Assembly (NCBI GenBank): GCA_002633005.1
Contig: NMRA01000071.1
Location: 810,449 to 874,448, forward strand
Reading direction: 5' to 3'
Source: Phoronis australis
Taxonomy: Eukaryota > Animalia > Phoronida
DNA: 64,000 nt
A program made the translations under genes and the position numbers. Shown piece by piece: positions 35,698-48,600 of the stretch. Each line of letters begins with the position of its first letter. Position 1 is the stretch's first letter. The notes under the pieces were generated by a model. It saw only the letters and a program-made list of their open reading frames with translations. It had not been told where the DNA came from and searched no databases.

Positions 35698-38600
35698 ATG
35701 GCCGCCCTGTGTGGACGCATGTGTATCGGTTTTGGACGCAATACCTTGGGTCTTTCTTGTGTTAAGAATGTTAGACACAACTTGAGTGAGTTTTGCTTTT
35801 ACAAACGAGGATTGAGCGTTAATTCAAAGTAATTTCTGTTAAAATTAAATGTGATGTACAGCCGTTAATCCTTCTTAGATTATGTAAGCCAGAAGTGAGG
35901 ATTGTCAAAAAACTGCAAACTGCCAAACTCGCCCAAACTGGGCAAAATATACGAAGTTCTCTTTTTACTAAATTTGGACACTACAACTCAGTTTGCAGTA
36001 ATCCCGACCATGCGTACACTTTTGTAAATCCGGTTTCATATCACGCCTTCCTTCATTAAGGCTGCATTCCGCTCAGTGTCTGAAGTCCAGGGTCCGCAAG
36101 TTGGATAGGTTTTTACGGACGGCCACTTAATTAACAAGTGTGCAGCAGTTTGTTTACGTTAGCAGCTTCGCATTTGATTTTCTGCAGTGATAAGCCCTCT
36201 GGCTGTCTGTGAGTGGAATGTGCTTCAGTATTCCGTTATTTAAACTGTTGCCTCTTTCTTGAATTTACGTCAACCAAAACAGTATGTTTTTGGTCAAAAT
36301 CGACTCACATTCAACAAAGATATGCCAATTTCTTTTTTTGCAAAATTTTCAGTCAACTGTTCTTCCACAAGCTTGCGTATATGTCATATCATGTTACTGG
36401 AATTGGTTATATTTTAATAGTTATAACTGGATTTCTGAGCAAATTTACTTCTGCAAAGCTGTAATTGTCATCTCCCGAAATTATGTCTCAAGAAAATAGC
36501 TCTTGTACATGTCATGAAGGTTGTATTTTCCAGTTGATGACAGATTTCTTTGTTATAAAAGGCAATGAGAAAATTATGCAAAAAATGATTTTTATTAGAT
36601 TGTTTTTCACTTAAAGGGCTTTAATGGGGAAGGTGAGTGTCGGTTGACTCCCAGATTTTGTATTCAAAAGGGCTGATCCTTAGCTCTTGACTACTGGTTG
36701 ATATAAATTTCATGATAAGGTGATGAGCAGAACTGCGGTGTAAATTCTGGAGATCTATATGAAGTTAATGCATGGCAGTTCTTAGCAGTATTTTGATGTT
36801 ATTCTTCACTAGCTGTCTGGCTAAGCTTTAGCGTAACGCCAACTCACCAAATGTGTTCTGGCAAATTCACTAGTCACCAAACAGGAATTGAGGTTTTCAA
36901 ACTTCATTGGTAAGAGTGATACAGAAATGAACAAGGGAGCTGAGGTAAAGAGTTAGTGAACACTGAACAATGGAGATCACTAAGACGCTGTTTTCTTTTT
37001 CAATTTTTGCTGGAACGGAAAATGTGGCGTGTCTCCCGTTCTAGTTGACAATCAATGCCTCCTTTAGTGACCAATATACTAGAACTGTGCCTAGGTGCTT
37101 ATGGTGACCTTGGTTCATGTTGTTTACCTGGGAATTTTGCCAGATCACATTATGCTAAAGTGTTGAACCTTGCAAATTGTTTTAACTCTGTGGCACTATT
37201 AATGTGTATTGTTACACAGTTATGCTACTCAAGGAAAACCTTCTCAGTGACAATTCATTTTTCATTCCAAAGTTATATGTTCACATACTCTCCTGCTTTT
37301 AAATGTAGATGGCTAGACGTCCACACCAGGTTATTACTTTCATTGCAGTGACCTGTTATCATTTGGACATTTTCTAAGTTGAAAGTTAAAGGAAAACACA
37401 TTTTGTGAAGTCATTGATATTTCTCACGTATGTCTGATTATAGCCTTGTCTAGGACTCTGTTTAGCCACGAAATCCTTGGCTTGGATTCATATAAAAGAC
37501 AAAAGAGCATTTTGGAAGACAGGCTGGGAGATCTCAAAGGTTTGTTACTATTCAGTCAGTAGTTCATTCAACTTAATGAGCTTTGAACTTTATGGTAGGT
37601 CAGATGTGTGGTACATGTGTGAATAAAGGAGCCTTGTGTATACTTGTTGCATGGGTTGAAAAACCAGCCATTCTAAACCAAGATTACATCAGATTGATTT
37701 GGTGTAACTTGCCAATACTGTAAGGTATGGACATAGTGTACAACAGTAGAGAGTCACATGAGCTGTGTTGACTCAATGTAAAGCTGTATTTTGCCCTGTT
37801 TAACTAAAAACGAAAATGAAATTAATCCTTTTTACTCTTATTAAATCATTTAAAAAAATACTACACCACGATGAGACTATTACCAAAAAGAGCATAATTA
37901 CACAACATGTTTGAAAATTGCGGATTTTATTGCGATTTGTCAACCCTAGAATTTGAAAGTGGCGCGCAGGGACTTCCACTGAGTACGAGGTCAGTCACGC
38001 AAGACAATAATAACCATTTCCCATGAGTACATCACAGATCAGCTGTTGATATTGGCTTGGAATACATTTACAGACTGCGGTTGCTAAATAGGGCAAAGTT
38101 TACCTTCAAATTACTTCGTGACAAAGTAAAAACAGAGAAAGGCTTTTCATTGAACTAGAGATCTTGTTATGGCTCAGTCAGGTGTGTGTTTGTGAGAGTG
38201 GGTGCATGTCAGTGTGTGAGTGAGCGAGCCTGCAGGCGTCTTGATTTAAAGGGAGACTATCACTGAGAAGAGTTATTGACAGATTATTCTAATCATGTTT
38301 AACTGGTAAACATGTCAGACGGGATTTCAGTGAATGTCTATCAATTTATAATAAAATCACAGAAATAAATAATGTTTTTTGTTGTTTTATAGTTCTGCTC
38401 AAAGCTAATAACTTAAAGAGGTTTATCTCCAATACCTGTAATATTCCTTTTTATGACAAGCGCATAACTTTGTCCATGTTGGATCAAGTGTTCTGAAGTT
38501 CTAGTTAGCATTTCTGTGTGGTTCATTGTGATTTTCCTATTGTATTACAGAGTCATTTATGGAAAAAATGGAGGAATACCTCGCTTCAACAGCTCGCAAC

Positions 38601-41600
38601 ACGATCTTCACAGACGACTTGAAGACTGTGGCATATGTTGCATCAAACGACACAGATGTATCAACTTTAGTCAGCATGATTAAAAAGTAAGAAAGTGAAG
38701 CAGACACCAGGCTGTCATGGCCGCCTCGCTCATCAAATTTACTGTAAAAACTCATCAATTTCAGGCACGGTATGGTGGATAAGTGAAATTTTGTGTTGCC
38801 AATGTTATTTCATTCATGCCACGCTTTGCCATGTTCATGACAATAATTTGAACATTCACAACAGTGTTTGAAAAAGTGGAATAAAGACGATAAATAGCTG
38901 AATTTTGAAATAGCTGTACCATATTGAAATACTCTTTCCCGCTAGATGGCGATCAGGTCTTTGGAGGACAGGCGTTCAACACCACCTACACATCCCATGT
39001 AATGCCAATGGGTGATTTCAGCCTACTGGTATCAACAGCATTTTAATACCCTTCCTGCTGTCATTATGCTGGCAAATTTCCACCGTTATGTGTTGGCAAT
39101 TTATACAGATGCTTTACGGAAAAAGACAAACGTTTTAATCTTTCAATGTATGAACCATGTTCCATACATTTCCTACTGCGAAGAAGAATCTGCGACAAAT
39201 CCATTGGCTTAGGACGATAAAGTGGGAAATTTTCAATCCTAGCCCAAGCCGGTGTCGAACTGAACTTAAAGTAATCAAACAGTAGGAGGGGTTGACAGTG
39301 AAATTGATTCCCCTGTTTTTAAATAAATGAACCACTGTTTAGGAATTGAAATTTTTTTCCTCTAAATCTGAGTCAGGATCATTCACAAGACATTAGTCAT
39401 TTTTATGATCTCTGTACTCTTGAGAGCACCAATATGAAAAGTCTCCTATTGACTTATTATTTTTGGTGAGATTTCACCATAGAGGCACTGCTACTGTAAC
39501 TCTCAGTAGGTTGGCATTCATGAACATCACTGTTGCCACTCAGTAGGTTGCCATTATTGTACAGCCTGATGCAAGCTGTGCTTAGTTTGACAGTAATTAG
39601 TAGTAATTGTGGTGTTAATGTTTAGCTGAAAATGCTACTCTTTTGATTAAGACTTGTTGTCATTTCCAAAGAGGAGCTTCATTTAGTTGCTATTCCCTCC
39701 TGCCTAATCCAAACTGACCTGAGTCTGTATAATGAACATTCAGGTATCACCAACAGAACAGCGAGATTAGGTTTGGTGTGTTCCATTTCGGACCAATCGT
39801 CATGAGGCTGTTATATTCTCTTGATAAACCACAGATGGCGCTGGAGTTGTTCAAGGATCATGTAAGTTCTGTGCCACTTTGGTGTTGTTCTAGTACTTGC
39901 TGGTCCCAGATTCAGACCAGAATAATGTATTTTGATCTGTGACACTTCATTGGAATGTAACATTTGACATTCACCTTTTAGTATGGTACACAACAGCTGT
40001 AAACCAAGCAGACATGCTGAAATTATAGAAAAATGATGAAAGTTATCTCCCTCCACCCTTTCTGTGTGCACCGTCTGCCGTAAATGAGATAGGGCAATGA
40101 TACCCTGAAGTGTTTGGACTTGTGATACAAAAGGTTAAGAAATGTCAAACATGAAATCAGTCTTCCCTGTTGTCTCTTTACTTTGTGTTATTTAGATTTA
40201 TTCTAAAATGTTTTTGATAACTTGAAACAAAAATGATTACACTGGGATACTCGTTGGGCTTCATTTATGAGTTTAAATCAGTACAATACAAATTTTAATG
40301 CAAACCAGATTGTTTAATAATTAGAGACCCTTTCAGTGTGACATGATTTTTCAAAATAGACAGAATAGTTTACAGATTTTTTGTAAAACATGACATGCTA
40401 CTTCAATGTGGATGATTTTGAAATTATGAATTAGAAATAGTTTACATACTTTAGCCATAGAAAAAAAAGTTAATTATCTCATATAATGTTCTCCCACAGC
40501 TCACTGCCGACTGAGTACTCAGGGTGTAACCTTAAGGCCAAAGGCCAGTTCTGTGTACTCTCATATCCAACTAGTGAACTCATAGTGTCTGCTTACAGCC
40601 AGCTCTGTGTACTCTCACATCCAACCTTCCAGGTCTCTGTTTTTGGCTATAGGTAGCGCTGTGTAATCTCAGATCCAACTAGCCAGCTCACTGTGTACAC
40701 CAGCTTGGATGGTGTTTCCAGCTGCAGTTAAGGAAATCCTTGGGATCCAGGAAAAAGGGGGGGTTCTCCCACCATCGGCAGTAAAGGGTTTTACGCCAAG
40801 ATTGCTCAACGAAAACTCAACAAATTGGTGAATGATTACTGTGTAAACTTAAGAGTTGTATTAACATTCAAGTCTCTGGAACTGTCGAATTTATTTAACC
40901 CTAAGGACAAAATTCCTATGGGTCTACGGTCCAGGGTAGTGTTCAAATTTATCTGTGCTGGATGTGGCTCCAGTTATATAGGCGAAACTGTTCGCCATTT
41001 GAAAACCAGGACCAAGGAAATCTAAATTCCAACAGAGGTTCACATGTAAATATTCACCTACAGAGCTCCAATCATTGTTATCAGCAGTGCTCTTTCAAGG
41101 ACTTTGCAACAATAGACCAGGCAGTGACAACAAAGGAGCTTAAAATTGTTGAGGCTCTACACATCAGTTGATGCAAGCCCAATCTCAATAGGCAACTGGC
41201 ACACCACAGGTTGTCATTGTTGGTCTAGTTCATTGTCACTCCCTGTAACTGACTGTATCTGTACTTCTTTACTTGTTGCTGGGCCTAGCTAGGTGGCCAC
41301 TGCATTCTCTCTTCTGATGATGGTGTTTGAATAAATGACACCGAAACATGTCCTGTCGAATTAAAACCATTGTTGTTTTCTTTAAGAATTTTAAATTATT
41401 GGTCAGCATTTGCCACCAAGTCAGCAGAGTAAGAAAGTATTCTCGAGTGCTATCGTGGGGATTTTTGACAATTTTCTTTCTTTCACCAACAGTTGTAATA
41501 CCAGGAGGGCGGTAATAAAAAGCAATGAGTAGGGTAACTACTCAGTAACTTAATCGTCAAATTTAGAAAACTCACCTTGGGGTGCATGTTTGGAGCACAC

Positions 41601-44600
41601 GTGAGCCAAATGTACCGTGGTTCCAGGAATGGGAAGGCATTCATTTAGTAAGTTGGCTAAGAATATCATTTTATGCACCCAAAAGACCCTTGTGTATCCT
41701 ATTCGCTCATCGCCAAAAATCGTCACGACGGACTTTCATATTCAACCTCTGAATGATAACTAATAAGTAGATGCAGTGCTTAATAAGTTATTCTACAAAT
41801 GGCAGCTAAAAACACAACTTTTTTAGACTATCACATGTTGGTATAAGCACGCCATGTTTACGAGCTCAAGGAGAAGCTGCGAACAAAAGCACGAGTTCAG
41901 GCTCAAGTTCTGTTAGCGGTAAGTGGGTGATGGGCGGTTACCAGAGAAGTGAAAATTTTTGCAAATTGGCTATGGGCGATTACCAAAACAGTGGACGCAA
42001 ACATCAAAATTTGGCAAAATTCGGTATGGGCCTTACCTGGGGCATAGGTATTAACCCACGAGTTTACGTTAATGAATTTTTTTGATTGGCCCCAGTTTGT
42101 TATAACAGCCCGATTTATTTCAATTTTATAACAAATCAGGTGGCAATGCTTATCCAAATTTGTTACAATGGCTCATTTTGTTTAAATTGTAATAAAGCAT
42201 GCAGTTGTTGTAATAAACCTCTTATATTTGAAGTTTGCCTCCAGTGAATTATAATCACAAGTTGACCTACGTAGCACTGGGCCAAGTAAAAACATTTTAA
42301 AAGTGCTCACAGGCAAGGATTCGTTTACATCATACAAACTACTTAATGTTACTCTCCATACTTAGGCCTGGTTAATACCTTTGTTCTGCTTAAAGACTCC
42401 GGCCTCATTTAAGTATGGAAATTTTGACAGACTGCTTAATCCTGCCCTAAGAATGTCTGTTACCCATTGTCGGTTAATCTGTTACCCAATTTCTGTTATC
42501 CAATGTTTGTTACCCAATGACTCTTACCCAATGCATATACTTCCCCCTTTTGAGCCAGCTTTTCCCCCATAGTCACTTTGTAACAGCTTTAAGTCATCAT
42601 TTTATCACAAGTTAACATTACTTTTCATTCTTCATCAGGACTTGGATGGATTCTTTGACCAGATGTCAGCCTTCCTTGTTCTGTTAGACTTACTTTATGA
42701 ACATGGGATGTACAAAGAAGTTTTGGAAGCGTTTGATATAGTCAAGAACCGTCAGTTGTTGGGATTTAGGTATCCAAATGACTGTACTACGCTAGCTTTG
42801 GCGGCTTGTTACAAGTTGGTAAGTGTGGTAGGGTGTACAGCTTAAAGGAAATGTTGAGAGTTTCAGTTGAGCCAATATGGAAGGTAGTGTCTCAATAGTC
42901 TTAGTGACACCTGCGTTTCAGCAATTATTGAATCCCACTTAGATGTGTCAATTAACGACAGATTTTACAAAATATTAATGAACACTGACTGGCTCATAGC
43001 ACTTTCATTATAATTTCAGAACACGGCGGAATCATTTGAATGGGCCAAGCGCATCATTAGCGGTGCTCAAGAAATGGGTAGCAATCTGTCACAGAGGTCA
43101 ATATGTTATGTAGCCCTACTGGCTCTCAATCAGGTACTCTAGATATACTGTAGTAGATATACTGGTCTTGAAATGGGGATTGGGTGGTGGTGGTGGCAGC
43201 AGATACTTAGCTGTCATTGGTCACCAGATACAGGCTTACTTAGCTGTTACTGTTCAGAAGACACAGGCTTACTTAGCCGTCATTGGTTACCAGATACAGG
43301 CTCACTTAGCTGTCATTGATCAACAGGTGCAGGCTTACTTAGTTGTCACTGGTCACAAGATACAAATGCACAGGCTTACAAGTGAATGTACTTAATAGGT
43401 GTCATTGGTTGCCAGATACATGTCTGTTTTGACTCGTTATACCCTTGCACTGTTTAACTTTATCCTAAATTATTGTAGAACCAGCCTGAGGCTGCACTGG
43501 AACTGGTGTCTATAAGGCCAGAGAAGAAGGTGGGCATAGTGTCAAATATCCAGGTAAGGAGACGCACTATTGCAGACCAAGGTGAAGCCACTGTACCAGA
43601 TTAGTGTTGTTTCACTGTAGCACTAGCTTGTCTTATTGTTAATATATGCCTACTTTTGACAGATCCCACTACTGCTGTGCCCCCTATTGGCAATTTCAAT
43701 ATTTTACCTTTGGTGGTATGTCTTCTGAGTCCCTTGATGCATTTTCATGCAATTTTACAAATAGGAATCTATTATGGAGACGACAACACCTTCACATTTT
43801 CAGACGGATTCGACTTGTTTTGTGCAGCTGACCTTGATTTTTGGAAGGGTCCGACTTCTAATTGGCACTTTCCAGTCTGCAGTTGTATCTTGTAGTCTTT
43901 GTGAAATTTGGCAAGTGATTTTCTATGAATGTCACAATGAATGACGATGACTTGCGGTTGGATCTGACCACCACTTGGCTCCTAATGGCTGTTTCCGTTT
44001 GCCTCTGTAGCTTCAGAGCTCCGTGGCAGGTTTTATGATTGTGCATATTCTGTGCCACTTAGCAGTCATGTTTCATTATTGTCAAGTCTGTCCTACTGAC
44101 AACATCAACGCTAACGTTGACTTACAGATGGCTCCGACTAATGTGGTGCCCCCTAATGATGATTTTGTTTCTTTTTGTTGAATACATCACAGGTACACCT
44201 TGCATGATCTGTATGAAATTTTGCCAGTCCATTCCACATTGCAGCAGATGACAGCTTCTTTCGAATGTGTCAGACTATCACTGTGCCTGCTATTGGCAAG
44301 TTATGTAACAATTTCCTGTGTAGATTTTCATATTTGGCGCACGTGTACATATTTACCATATTTGATAGCCAAAACATTTGTCTGTGTGAATTTTTTATTT
44401 AGACTATTTGCAATATTTGTGTGTACAGGAAAAAACACAATATCCATGGTCTTCATGTGGATGGATGGAAATGCAACTTTTTGATGCTTGGTAATAATCG
44501 CTGACGTCAAAATAAAATAAACTTAAAGCCATCAAGACTAAGAATAGCAGCTGACTGCAATAAAATTGTGTCTGTTAAGTCGGCATCCACAAGTCGGTAG

Positions 44601-46183
44601 AAAAAGTTTGCATTGAAAGCAACTGTGTGATAGGCTGGTGATTGTATGCAGAACAATTAGCAGACGGCTTCGTAATTTTCCGAACAACTGACGTCCAGTT
44701 TGTGACTTGTTTCTTACAAATCACACAAAAATTAGGGACCTGTGCTGTACAGTATGTGTGTGGCTCATTGATTTGGATAAGTTTGTTTGGATTGTGAAAA
44801 TCAAAAATTTTTGCCGCTATGTTTTGGTTGAGTAGACTAGCTTAGCTGCCATCTGAAAGGAGTGACTATAGAGTGAAAGTGTTCAACAATATTTTAAGGA
44901 TAACTTGATGCTTTACATCCTCGCTAATTACACATTATTCTCATTCATAAATGTATTAAACAACTTTTTGTGTTAATTCATACTTTTTTCTTCTGTCCAG
45001 GCTTTGACCTACTTGGAGTTGAATCGAGTTGACGACGCCATATTGTGTCTAAAGGGAGCGCTTCATCAAGACGTGCCTTCACATTTCACAACAGGCAATG
45101 AAATATTCCAGACAACAGTGAGTGACGGGTTATGGGTGGTTGTAACAATCGCAACAAAATTGCTGTTGATGGTCTGGAATTTTTACTTTTACGAACAATT
45201 TACTCTAACATTGGGATAAAATAAACTAACTTAAGTACTGTTAACTACTTAAATTCACTGAGGACAGTTGGCAGTGCTTGGTTACTCATAATTTTCCACA
45301 CATCAGTTACAATTGCTATATTATCAGGTTATTTGGTACACCCCATCAGTAATTTTTTTTTTCAAAATCAGTGGAGAATTACAGTAATTGTTTTGAGATT
45401 GGTCAGTTGAAGTAATTTGTGACCGGTCAGTTGAAGTAATTTGTGATTAGTCAGTTGAAATTATTTTGTGATTGATCTGTTGGTACGAGTACCCTTTAAA
45501 AAATGCACTTGCTTGGCTTACGTAGAACAGATCTTGTCAATCAGAAGAAGGCATCCTCAGCAAAACAGGATATTTTGAAAGTGGCCTATGGGTCTTTACT
45601 CAATTCATAAAATGTTCAGTGCCATCCAACTTGCACAGTGATCCATTGGTGCATCACCAGAAATTCAACTTTTGAATTCTACCTTTAAATTCACTGTGAA
45701 TACCTTGTTTGAAGAAAATTGATAAATGAGATATAAAATGGATTTGCATTAAAATGTATTTGACAGGTTTTAATTAACTATACAGCTGAATATGTAACCT
45801 AAACTTGCTTAACCAATACACAAACAAGAGAATAAAGTCTTGATGTAGCCTAGACTGTACAATGGATTGAGTTTCAGTTTTGTCATGTTTCACTATTTTA
45901 CAGTTAGTGTTACATCTTGTTTCACTTACAGTTGGACAAAGTCAAGTCTGCTGTGGAGAAGTTGTCTGATGCAACAAGAAGGAAGAAGTTTGAGCTCCTG
46001 GAGAGGGCATTAGTCGAAGGCGGTCATGTTTCTACTCGTGACCTTGAACAGTTTGTGTGCATGACAATCACACGTCCTCGAAGACAGAACCAACACAGCT
46101 ATAAGTCACGTTACCGACCTCCGCCCCAGGCATCATTTAGTAGAGCACGCACTGACAGACGTGGAATAATGGACGGGGAATGA
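35698..46183 (+). CDS. PTCD2: Pentatricopeptide repeat-containing protein 2, mitochondrial (~398 aa)
   Basis: Exons 35698-35785, 36188-36208 (microexon, less certain), 37444-37539, 38551-38686, 39744-39861, 42639-42818, 43020-43133, 43479-43553, 45001-45117, 45932-46183; 1197 nt in frame. Arg-rich acid-free presequence; IFTDDLK, RFGVFHFGPIVMRL, GFFDQMSAFLVLLDLLY, LALAACYKLNT motifs typical of PTCD2. Confidence 0.9.
40760..41400 (+). mobile_element. Penelope-like retroelement 3' fragment (GIY-YIG endonuclease relic)
   Basis: KDKIPMGLRSRVVFKFICAGCGSSYIGETVRHLKTRTKE, then frameshifted LKIVEALHIS*CKPNLNRQ; followed by a hammerhead core. Confidence 0.85.
41314..41352 (+). ncRNA. Minimal type I hammerhead ribozyme relic (Penelope-associated)
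   Basis: CUGAUGA, stem II GGUGU/ACACC, GAAACAUGUC with palindromic stem III; stem I pairing appears lost. Confidence 0.6.
43198..43420. repeat. ~36-bp minisatellite x6
   Basis: cagatacaggcttacttagctgtcattggtcac unit. Confidence 0.8.
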
Positions 46184-48600
46184 ATGTCAGCACTGACAGA
46201 TGGTGCGTTTGTGTGTTCAGTTCACTGGTCCTGAGTCATGACGTGCAGCATCTGATTGACTGTTGTGTCCATGGTGATGCTCTTAGAACTAATTTGCATT
46301 GTGATACCATGCTGTTAGTTTGGACGCTTAAATCTTATGTAAAGGTTTAGAAGCAGTGGACAATCATCCGTGTGATGCGTGCTGATGCCTTGTGGAGATA
46401 TCCTACTTCAGTACTTGAACCATATACAAACAAGGAACACAATGTCCTCACAACTGTGGTTGTTTAAAAAAATAGCGTGAAAAATTGACTATTGAAAGTT
46501 AAATATTTATTTCAATACAGTAGTACAACTTTTCGTTTTATTTCTATCTAAAAATCATTGAATTCTTCTACGGTTTTGCACCTGATTTATCATTGGAGTT
46601 ATGCCTGAACAGCGCTGGATGCTAAGGTTAACACAAAGTCTCATTTGGCAACTTAACTAAAATTCCAGGTCGCCAAAAGATATGTGAGGACATCAAAACT
46701 GAAAATCCACAATCTGAGGTTTACCAATTTGCCATGGACTAACAATAAAGGTCCTACATGCTCCATTCTTAGCATCTTAGGTGAACCTCTACAATTTTTC
46801 CCTTTCTCCCTGTAAATGTTCATTTTCTTTCTCCTACTCCATTGCTCTCCCCAACCAACGAACATAGAGCGCAGACGATCGCATCCACTGTTGGCGAGGG
46901 TTTCACCCATCTTACTGTTGTAATTTAAGTGTGGATTTGATATGTGCTTACTGCTGTGGTGGCAAATGCACCAATTTCATGAAAAAAAAACGGAACAATT
47001 GTGAACCAAAGGTAATTAATCTATGAAAACTGTTAGTAATTAGTTTGCAATTCACACAGACTTTGAAACGAATTTAGGGGAATTATGTTCCGACTGTGAT
47101 ACTGGCACTGTGGAGACTTGAAATTTTCTCAGGTTGCCAAACATAATCTGAGGTTGCCAAATATAGCGCTGTCTTGCCTTATGTAAAATTACAACTTTTT
47201 ATGACTTGCCGTTTTAAAACTAGTCTCAACTTGTCCCTTACTTGGATTAAGTAAGTTTGGAAAGAACTATATGTGCCGGTTAGCAGCAGGTTGACCACAA
47301 TTGCTCTTTTTACCCACCCACAGCAGCAATTCACAAGACTTTGTCCAATGACGCAATTGTTTTGGTAGGTGAAACTGTGACGCCAAGAGCCATCCTGCCG
47401 CACTTAAAATGTTGTGCCTAGGAACTGTTTGCGTTTAAAATTTGGTCAATGTCTTATTTTGTGGCCCAAAACGAAGTTCTGTTTCATTGTTTAAGGCTGG
47501 TCCACGTACCTACAAATGGTCTTAGTCGCCGTGTGCTGCAAATACATTATTTGTGGTCATTATTAGTTCTATCAGATAATTGACTTGCTTTATTAAGAAC
47601 AACATTGGGGAACTGGGTTGCAAGTGTCACTCCTACTCGCTGATTTCATATAAGTGGTTTAAAGTTCAGGCTGGTTTAAACTGATCTTAGATCCGGTTTA
47701 AAGATAATCTGCATTTCATAAATGTGGTAACATTTAAACCAGTGGTCTAGTAAAACCTGGTTTGACCAGTTCATGAGGAACCCTTTCCAGCTGAAAATTG
47801 ACCGTCGGACGGCCTTCGTCCGACGGTTGNTGATTAGATATATTGCTTATCTTTCATATTACTTCATTTATTGTAAAATAATTGCAATGTAAGTGCAACC
47901 AACCTATTGGGATGTAACGTTTCTACAAAATTCGTTCTCAGCCAATGTAACTACCATATAACAGGTTTCTGGTTCCTCCATATGAAAATCCAGGTCAAAA
48001 AGAAGGTCACAAGTAGTCCTATTCAGTTGGAGAATTTTATGATGCCATCTTAACTGAGGCAGGCCAGCCAGCTGACTCTCTATTGTGTTGGCAGGGAATG
48101 GGGTAATTGAAACTTGCGCTTCAGTTAACAATTCTAATTGGGTTTTGGCTTGAATTTTCAGCAGGGATAGATTCGTCATGTGAAACCTGGTCTAAGCTGG
48201 TTTTCATTTCTCAACCGGAATTAATTAACTGTCGTAATATAACACTTAGACCTGTAGCCTTTAAGCTAGAAGTAGAGGAATGACCATAGACATATTTTAA
48301 TATGTAGTATTAAAATACTATAGACCGGGCGCACGCGCTACTGCAGCTGACAACTTGACGCCATATTGGAGAGTGCTACTAGTCACGTGACACGGCTAAT
48401 TGCCGTGTAAACGAACGGAGTAAATTGTCCTTTTCAATATATCTAACAAATAAACTGGCCGAAGAGTGTAATTTTTTCCAGAAACATACAAAAACATGTG
48501 ATGTAGCACTTGCATTTTTTAAGAGTTAATCAGTCGATAGGGAAAATATCGAACTATTAGAAGATCGCAACCAGTGGCAGATTCTCCATGACGGCGACAT

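Noticed and set aside
47904-48179. 91-aa ORF as a possible Harbinger transposase fragment
   Set aside because: No convincing motif; lies beside an assembly N at 47830.
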